From Candidatus Melainabacteria bacterium 17Bon1m (GTDB taxonomy: Bacteria; Cyanobacteriota; Vampirovibrionia; Obscuribacterales; Obscuribacteraceae): a stretch of DNA of 64,000 bases. This document shows positions 57,388 through 64,000 of this stretch, piece by piece (the first letter of the stretch is position 1; each line of letters opens with the position of its first letter). The position numbers were made by a program, and so were the translations under genes. The DNA lies in contig JAVLKG010000003.1 in assembly GCA_032128875.1 (NCBI GenBank), positions 161,008-225,007 of the forward strand, written 5' to 3'. Below the pieces are notes generated by a model, which made no database searches, had not been told where the DNA came from, and was given only the letters and a program-made list of their open reading frames with translations.

Positions 57388-58880
57388 TTTCGCTCGTTTT
57401 TTGATTCGCTATCAGCAGGCTTAGCGCTTTCGCCTATCGGAATACGAAACCAAAATGTGCTTCCTTGCCCGTCTTTGCTAGTGGCGCCTATGGTGCCTCC
57501 GTGTGCTTCAACCAGTGCTTTGCAAATCGTCAACCCCAGTCCGCTTCCCTTCTTTTCTGCCTCGTTTTTACCGTCAACCTGATGGTAGCGTTCGAAGATT
57601 TTTACTTCTTCGCCCGCGGGCATTCCACGACCTTGATCTTTTACTTCGAACAGAATTTTGTTGCCTTCGACCGAAGTGGCGATAACAACTTTCGAATCGT
57701 CCGGGGAGAACTTTATCGCGTTTGATAGCAAATTGGTTATCACCCTGATAATCCGCTCTTCATCGCAATGCACGTCGATATTCGCTGGTCTGGCTTCGAT
57801 TGTAATTTTGCGAGCATCCGCGCTGTGTTGAATCAACTCGGTTGCTTGAGAGATCATCGATGCATCTTCGACCTCTTGAATGTCCAAGTTGAATCTGCCG
57901 GATTCTATTTTGTCGATGTCTAACAAATCGTTGATCAGCTGTATGAGTTTTCCCACTGATGAATCCGCGCGACTTAGCATGTTGCGTGCTTTTTCGCTCG
58001 AATTGTCCATTGATCCACTGGCTAACAAATTGAGAGTCAATTGCAACGACGTCAATGGTGAACGCAAATCATGCGTTATCATCGCCAGTACTTCTTGCTT
58101 CGAACGCTCTGCTTCCTGTAAGGCGCTAGAGACGGCGTGCACTACGTCATCCAGCATGGCTAGTTCATCTACGCCATCTAGGTGTTCTGGTATATTCTTG
58201 CCGGCTCCGAGGCTGACAATGTTTTTCGAAAGAGTATTGAAGCGCTTGGTTGTTCGATTGTTGAAGTACAAGAGCAAGCCCACGACAAGGGCAATGTTGA
58301 TTGTCAGTCCGCCATACACAATGCTGTTGACCCAAACCCGAAGTTCGGTTTCTCTCTTTTGATGCATAACGGATTTCGCTTCTTGCCTTTCAAGAAACTC
58401 GTCGTTGACTTTGTATAATCCGCGCGCTTGTTTTGAAATCTGTAGTACGGCAAACTTTTTTCCCTCTTCGTCAGAAGAATCAAAAATGTTTTGCACGTCT
58501 TTGAACAGCTTAAATGCTTGATCGAAGTTCTTCAGCATTTCATTGACTTCAAGTTGATCTTTAGCGTCGACCGGTATGCTTCTGAGTTCTTCTGCGCGCC
58601 TGGTGAGGTCTACCAAATCAGAATCGAAGCTACGCTTGAAAGCTTCATCCTTGTTGAACTGATACAAGCCCATGTGCGTCGCGAGACGCAAAAGAGTCGA
58701 GATAAGCCCATTACCGGCGGAGACCAATTTCTTCGAGCGCGCTTCTTCCTCGAGTTGCATCTCGAGCCTGTGATGCGCATATGCGAGCGTGCCAACGAAA
58801 GCGAGCTGAAATGCGAGCGCAATGCCGATGACCGCTGTCATTTGTTGGCTGAGGCTAAGTTTGCTCGGAGTGAAGCGCAT
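57363..58880 (-). CDS. Membrane sensor histidine kinase
   Basis: Two TM helices, THDLRSPL, NLLSNAIKF, DQGRG and GSGLGL. Confidence 0.92.
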   Translation of the reverse strand: MRFTPSKLSLSQQMTAVIGIALAFQLAFVGTLAYAHHRLEMQLEEEARSKKLVSAGNGLISTLLRLATHMGLYQFNKDEAFKRSFDSDLVDLTRRAEELRSIPVDAKDQLEVNEMLKNFDQAFKLFKDVQNIFDSSDEEGKKFAVLQISKQARGLYKVNDEFLERQEAKSVMHQKRETELRVWVNSIVYGGLTINIALVVGLLLYFNNRTTKRFNTLSKNIVSLGAGKNIPEHLDGVDELAMLDDVVHAVSSALQEAERSKQEVLAMITHDLRSPLTSLQLTLNLLASGSMDNSSEKARNMLSRADSSVGKLIQLINDLLDIDKIESGRFNLDIQEVEDASMISQATELIQHSADARKITIEARPANIDVHCDEERIIRVITNLLSNAIKFSPDDSKVVIATSVEGNKILFEVKDQGRGMPAGEEVKIFERYHQVDGKNEAEKKGSGLGLTICKALVEAHGGTIGATSKDGQGSTFWFRIPIGESAKPADSESKNERNQSVSSLT

Positions 58881-59043
58881 GCTGATTTGGGAGTTGCCTT
58901 TCTGGTTTTTGTGATTAAGTTAGAAAATCACTCGAATCTATGTCAAGGGGCGCCGCAGGGGCTCTTCGATATTATTGTGATTTGCCGGTTGGCTCTGTGT
59001 AAGTGTGGGAAGATAATTTTGGCGGGGAGAAATAGCGTAACGA

Positions 59044-59724
59044 ATGTCCAAAATTTTACTAGTCGAAGACGACGAACTTGTACTGGAGGCTGTTGCCGAC
59101 ACTCTGGAGACCAATAATTTTGTGGTCGAAAAGGTGCGAGACGGGCAGGAGGCCGCAGACCGCCTCAAGCTATATTCCTACGATTTGGCTATTTTAGACA
59201 TCGGACTGCCCAAGATTAACGGCATAGACGTCTGTCGAAACTACCGGGCAACAGGCGGAATCACGCCAATACTCATGCTTACGGGAAAAGGCGATATTGA
59301 AGATCGCGTGCAAGGGCTAGACTCAGGCGCTGATGATTATCTGCCTAAGCCTTTCCATATGCGCGAGCTCATCGCGCGTGTACGCACACTTTTGCGACGT
59401 CCAGTTGGATTAGTTGCAGATGTTTTGACAGTTCGCGATATCACTCTCAATCCTGCGACCGGCAAAGCGACAAGAGGCGGCGTGGAAATTGATTTGTTGG
59501 CAAAAGAGTTGGCGCTGATGGAGTTTCTCATGCGTCACAAGGATCAGATTTTCAGTGTAGATGATCTGCTCGACAAAGTTTGGCACTCGGAATCTGAGTC
59601 TTCGGAAGATGCTGTCAGGCAGTGTGTTACACGTGTACGCAAGAAGCTTGACGTTGACGGAAAGCCATCGATAATCACAACTGTCAAAGGCATGGGCTAC
59701 AAGATCGACAGCAGTTCGATCTAG
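59044..59724 (+). CDS. OmpR-family response regulator
   Basis: LLVEDD, LDIGLP, GADDYLPKPF and TVKGMGY. Confidence 0.93.
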   Translation: MSKILLVEDDELVLEAVADTLETNNFVVEKVRDGQEAADRLKLYSYDLAILDIGLPKINGIDVCRNYRATGGITPILMLTGKGDIEDRVQGLDSGADDYLPKPFHMRELIARVRTLLRRPVGLVADVLTVRDITLNPATGKATRGGVEIDLLAKELALMEFLMRHKDQIFSVDDLLDKVWHSESESSEDAVRQCVTRVRKKLDVDGKPSIITTVKGMGYKIDSSSI

Positions 59725-59807
59725 CATTGTGCTGCAGGTAAAGTTGCGGCAACGCCAGGTTCGTGCGCGTGGTCTGTTCGTGTGAGTAGATGACGCGTCG
59801 TTAGGTC

Positions 59808-60536
59808 GTGTCAACTCCATGTCAGATTGCCGTATTACAAAGAGAGGACAGCGCGCCTCTCTCGGCATACTTTCTGCTCATTGCACAAATAATGTTTCAA
59901 ACAACACCAACCGTTTATTTAACTTCAATTGTTGGTTCGCGCAGTTCTGACGGACAACCAAGTGCTGTTCAATCAGCGGTTGCTGCTGCGCCCACTACCA
60001 AACCATTTGGTGCGGTCGAAAGTTTGAGCGGGCTTTTGATTTCGCTCTGTACGAGCGATTGGGCCGAGTTTTTCTCAATGAAGAAAAAATTGTCGGACTT
60101 TGCAGCGTTGGAAGTATGCACGGAAGCCGCACGTCTGCTTGCCAAAAACTCGCGCAGCTTCAGGTTGTTGGCGGTCATTTCGCACCCTGAATTCTTTTCT
60201 GATTGGGAGGAAGTTGAGGCGAAACATCAAGTGGCTCTGTTCGGTGGACTGGCTGTGCATTCGTTAAATAAGAACATGAAAGAATGTGCTTTCCATCGTG
60301 TGGCAAAGGCTCTTAGAAAAGATTGTCTTTCGCAGCAAAACGTCTCCAAGCCGACGAAGCTGAGACTCAGGGATTGCCACACGCTTATTGGTCAATTCAT
60401 GCACGACTATGCGCTCATAAGCGATGTTAATCGCGCCATTGTATTGGCTGCGCTGGCGGAAGGCGAGCAGTCCGGATGTGGGCATTTGCCGAGCCAGCAA
60501 AGCGTCGCTTTAATGAAGAAATTGGGACGCGTCTGA
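59808..60536 (+). CDS. Hypothetical protein (start uncertain)
   Basis: 242-aa ORF; no family recognised. Confidence 0.5.
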   Translation: MSTPCQIAVLQREDSAPLSAYFLLIAQIMFQTTPTVYLTSIVGSRSSDGQPSAVQSAVAAAPTTKPFGAVESLSGLLISLCTSDWAEFFSMKKKLSDFAALEVCTEAARLLAKNSRSFRLLAVISHPEFFSDWEEVEAKHQVALFGGLAVHSLNKNMKECAFHRVAKALRKDCLSQQNVSKPTKLRLRDCHTLIGQFMHDYALISDVNRAIVLAALAEGEQSGCGHLPSQQSVALMKKLGRV

Positions 60537-61287
60537 ACGATATTGTCCGAACACGTTTGAGCCTCTAATCAGTGTCCTAATCGATCAGTCTAAAGACTGA
60601 TTTTTGCCCGGGAAAATTTCATCCCTTAAACCCGATTTTTTTTGAAATTCTGAAAAGCCCGTGCGGCGGGAAAACGCTCACTCGGACGAGGGGTAAAGGG
60701 TCTGAGCGGGAATCTGTCAAGGGCGAGAACTGTTTTGTTGGTGACAGTATTTCTGTGAAACCCTGGGTATAAACGATCTACGACAGACGGTCTGTCGTTT
60801 TAGTAACATGTCTTGGTCTAGCCTGCCGGAGCCCTCGAGGTAATGGCAGGCTTTGCCATTTCAGGGGTTATTCTCTAACGATATTTACTAATTTCGCTAT
60901 GCGCGCTGTTAGCGAGTTGGTTCGCCTTGGCGCAATTAATGTTATGAACAACGCGAGTCGGGCCACTGATGCCGGGCTCACCTTATGAGCACTTTTACAC
61001 TGCCATATCGGCGCTCTTGGTATTACTTACCGATTTTTCACTGATGAAAGATGTTGAGAACGGTTAATTGCGCCAGCATTAAATTGAAAATGAATCGGAA
61101 GTGCGACACGTTCGATTTCTGAAAACCCTGAAGTGTGCAAAAGTTAGACGCACAGGCCCCCGCTTTCGTTGATTTGCAGAGACATCATCTGCAAGCCTTT
61201 GGCGTGTTTTTCTTTAGACCGCAAAGGAGTGTCTTCGCGCAAGCAGGCAAGTTTTCCGACTTAACGTCAACTGTGAATGGAGGTCGC

Positions 61288-62253
61288 ATGACCTTTCTCG
61301 AACCATACTATCTCGTCTTGATCGCGCTGCTCGTACCAATCTTGTGGTTGGGGGCAAAACGCAGAAACTCGCTCGGACACTCGCAAGTGAACATCCACAT
61401 GCGGGTGATCGGCTTTTCTGTCTTGCGTCAGGCTCCATGGTTTATCTTCGCTCTGTTTTGGATCGCTGCGTGTGCAGCGCTCGCTCGACCCGTCTTGCCG
61501 CAAGTTGCGGAAAGGCAGACAATCGAGACGCGTGACATTGTGATTCAGACGGACATCTCTGGCTCGATGAGTGATCCGGTGGAAGGTAGTCGGCAATGGC
61601 CGCCACCGGCGCCTGGAACTTCTCAGACACCCACACGTATCGCAGCTGCAAGAGCCGCGGTGATCGACTTTGTGCAACATCGCGAAGGAGATCGCGTCGC
61701 TCTGCTATTTTTCAACGACGAGTCGTTCTATGGCTGGCCTCTCAGTCGCGACCTCGCCGTTGTGCTTCGTCGAGTTAGTGACATAGAGCGCTACGTCACC
61801 GGCGGCACCAACTTTGACAGTCCGCGTGGGGCTATTCAGGGCGCGATCGATCACTTTCGCGAAATGAGCGACGCGCAATCGCGAGTGCTGATTCTCGTCA
61901 CTGACGGGGAAGCTTCTATGGACCACCAGCGCTCTCAAGAATTAGTTCGGCAAATCGCCGAGCTGAATATTCGGGTCTATGTTCTGGGCGTCGGACCCGG
62001 CTGGGTCAACAACTCTGCGATGACGCGCGATTTGCGGCGCGTTGTCGAAACCGTAAACGGCACTATCATCCCCGTCGGCAACGACGCAGAGATGCGTGCC
62101 GCCTTCGATACCATCAATCAACTCGAGCGCTCTTCGGTACAGATCGAGCGCTCCGTAACCCATCTCGAAATCTACGGGCTCTTCGCCATTGCCGCCGCAA
62201 TTCTGCTGCTGTGCTATCTGGCAATTGGTGCCCTGATTCTCGAAGATGCATGA
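61288..62253 (+). CDS. Membrane-anchored VWA-domain protein (MxaC/BatA-like)
   Basis: MTFLEP, ALARP, MIDAS DISGSM, GTNF and LVTDGE. SD GGAGG. Confidence 0.85.
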   Translation: MTFLEPYYLVLIALLVPILWLGAKRRNSLGHSQVNIHMRVIGFSVLRQAPWFIFALFWIAACAALARPVLPQVAERQTIETRDIVIQTDISGSMSDPVEGSRQWPPPAPGTSQTPTRIAAARAAVIDFVQHREGDRVALLFFNDESFYGWPLSRDLAVVLRRVSDIERYVTGGTNFDSPRGAIQGAIDHFREMSDAQSRVLILVTDGEASMDHQRSQELVRQIAELNIRVYVLGVGPGWVNNSAMTRDLRRVVETVNGTIIPVGNDAEMRAAFDTINQLERSSVQIERSVTHLEIYGLFAIAAAILLLCYLAIGALILEDA

Positions 62254-62263
62254 GGAGACTTCG

Positions 62264-62842
62264 ATGAAGATGAGCAGAAAGACCAGGGTTTTAGCCTGGG
62301 CAACAATGATTGGTTTGGGCGCGCAGCTGACAATATACGGCGTCAACATGGCGCAGTGGCGCAGCGAGCAGATCGACTTCTTTAATGCGGGCGTGTCCGC
62401 CTATCAGGAGGGGAACGCCGAGAATGCAGTCGAGTTTTTCGATCGCAGTCTCAGTGCTTATCAGCGCACGCTCAGCGCACCTTGGATGGAGCGCTTCGCC
62501 TATCCTCGGGCGGATGTAGAACTCGCTGCACGTGCCGCTTTCCTTAAGGGCATGGCGCACATTCGCTCTCAGCAGGCGGAGCCGGCGGTGGCTGCTCTGC
62601 GGCACTCTCTTCGGTTGAATCCCGGCAGAATGAATGCCTATTACGCTGCGGACGGCGACCGATTGAGCGAATTGTCGATGTTCGCTCGCTTCAATTTGGA
62701 GCTGCTTTTCAATCAGCGCCCGGATCTGGCTTATGCACAGGGCGCCGGTCGCAATGCGTCCGAAGGAGGACCGGACGCACAGCGTTTACCGGGGCAAAAC
62801 CCAGGCAACATGCCTGGTCCCGGTAATCGCGATGACCTATGA
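62264..62842 (+). CDS. TPR-like membrane-anchored protein (MxaK/BatC-like)
   Basis: N-terminal TM; SLRLNP...ARFNLELL. Confidence 0.7.
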   Translation: MKMSRKTRVLAWATMIGLGAQLTIYGVNMAQWRSEQIDFFNAGVSAYQEGNAENAVEFFDRSLSAYQRTLSAPWMERFAYPRADVELAARAAFLKGMAHIRSQQAEPAVAALRHSLRLNPGRMNAYYAADGDRLSELSMFARFNLELLFNQRPDLAYAQGAGRNASEGGPDAQRLPGQNPGNMPGPGNRDDL

Positions 62843-62854
62843 GGAGTAAATGTC

Positions 62855-63928
62855 ATGTTCGGCATTACTTTTCAAACGCCCCTGTTCATCGGCGGTGCGT
62901 TATTGCTGTCCGTGGTCGCCTCGATCTTTTGGTGGCTCGGATTTCGAGCGCGACAGGCTGCCCGTGCTGCATACGGAGAGGCTGTCCTGGTAAATCGTTA
63001 CAGCTCACCACTCAACCCGCGCAAGGAGGTGCTCTTTCTTTCCGGCTACACGGCAACCATGCTTCTACTGGGAATAGCCGCCGCCGGTCCGGTAATGCAG
63101 GGCTCTCCGGTATCGGTCAGCGCCGGCGCAATCGATGTCGTCGTTGTCACTGACGTTTCTCCAAGCATGGCGAGTGAGGAATATCGCTCGTTTATGCCCA
63201 GTCGCGATGGGGTGGAACCGTCACAGGTGCGAGGCGCGTACGGCAGCAGGCTCGATTTTGTGAAACACACGATCGAGTCGCGCATTATGGCTGCACTCTC
63301 CAACAACCGGCTGGGCATCGTCACTTATTCCGGGCTTGGTTTTACTCAGGCAGAACTCACGCACGATCACCCGTCGTTGCGATGGATTCTCCGGCATTGG
63401 ATGCCGATTGGTGGTGCCCCCGGCAATGGCTCGGATTTTGCTTCCGGTCTCAGAGAAGCGCTGATGCTGTATGGTGATGAGGCGCGCGAACGCGTGATTA
63501 TCCTCTTTTCCGACGGTGGGTTTACCGGAAGCAGAGACGATCTGCGCCAGGTCGTTGCAGAACTCGAGCGACTCGGAGTGCGCCTGGTGATTGTGGGAGT
63601 CGGCAGTGACGAACCGTCTCCGATTCCGCAGTACTCTTCTCTGGGGGAGTTGCGCGGCAATCTCCTGCGAAACGGGCGACCTGTGCTCACTCACTTCGAG
63701 GAGGAGCCGTTACTCGCTTTGCGTGCTGCGACAAACGGTGAGTACATTCGAATGGCGCCCGGTGACGCGCTGAATATTCGCTGGGCTAATGTGCTTGCCG
63801 GAGAAAGAGTGGAAATGGGAGAGAGGCATCTCTTCGCATTTCCTCTCTCGGCGGCACTCTTGCTGTTGTGTCTTTTGCAGATGCGCGGCATCTTCCGCAA
63901 GACCGAATCAATGAAGGAGAATAGCTAA
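62855..63928 (+). CDS. Membrane-anchored VWA-domain protein (MxaL/BatB-like)
   Basis: DVSPSM, SRLD, LFSDGG and VGVGS. Confidence 0.85.
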   Translation: MFGITFQTPLFIGGALLLSVVASIFWWLGFRARQAARAAYGEAVLVNRYSSPLNPRKEVLFLSGYTATMLLLGIAAAGPVMQGSPVSVSAGAIDVVVVTDVSPSMASEEYRSFMPSRDGVEPSQVRGAYGSRLDFVKHTIESRIMAALSNNRLGIVTYSGLGFTQAELTHDHPSLRWILRHWMPIGGAPGNGSDFASGLREALMLYGDEARERVIILFSDGGFTGSRDDLRQVVAELERLGVRLVIVGVGSDEPSPIPQYSSLGELRGNLLRNGRPVLTHFEEEPLLALRAATNGEYIRMAPGDALNIRWANVLAGERVEMGERHLFAFPLSAALLLLCLLQMRGIFRKTESMKENS

Positions 63929-64000
63929 TGTACGAGCGTTGTCGACAAACTCTGCTCTGCTTGCTTTCCGGACTGGCGCTTGCAGTGATACTGTGCGCGG
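63928..64000 (+). CDS. Next operon gene (signal peptide), truncated by the window edge
   Basis: TAATG overlap, SD AAGGAG, MYERCRQTLLCLLSGLALAVILCA. Confidence 0.6.
   Translation, partial: MYERCRQTLLCLLSGLALAVILCA

Noticed and set aside
61040-61050. CTGATGA hammerhead-like core
   Set aside because: I could not build stem II followed by GAAA and a cleavage triplet.

Overview
Gene-dense bacterial chromosomal window of roughly 50% GC (by eye), with about 60 CDS. I recognised no rRNA, tRNA, CRISPR array, transposase or integrase. The gene mix suggests a non-photosynthetic cyanobacterial relative such as Vampirovibrionia/Obscuribacterales (inference): a Ser/Thr kinase with LRRs, many TPR and two-component genes, an At5g03900-like protein, a cyanobacterial-type acyltransferase and an Rcp1-like receiver. 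Recognisable modules are xdhAB with a detached xdhC, a galM / KdnA-like aminotransferase / GMC oxidoreductase / sugar porter cluster, HxlR-yceI, three histidine kinase loci and a VWA-TPR-VWA (MxaC/K/L- or Bat-like) operon at the right edge. Four observations stand out. (1) A dispersed GTAG...CTAC REP-like palindrome family has one copy inserted in frame in a cysteine desulfurase, adding about 19 residues next to the PLP lysine, and a second palindrome family sits in the N-terminus of another gene of the same operon. (2) That host operon is a translationally coupled four-gene unit of unknown product: cysteine desulfurase, CooC-like ATPase with CYHSH instead of CxC, Y4yA/LysA-like PLP enzyme, and a cysteine synthase-rhodanese fusion. 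(3) Two REP loci show the same 'flank plus half-REP' tandem duplication, ending at the palindrome centre. (4) There are two candidate structured non-coding RNAs, at about 11.1-11.25 kb and 60.8-61.15 kb.
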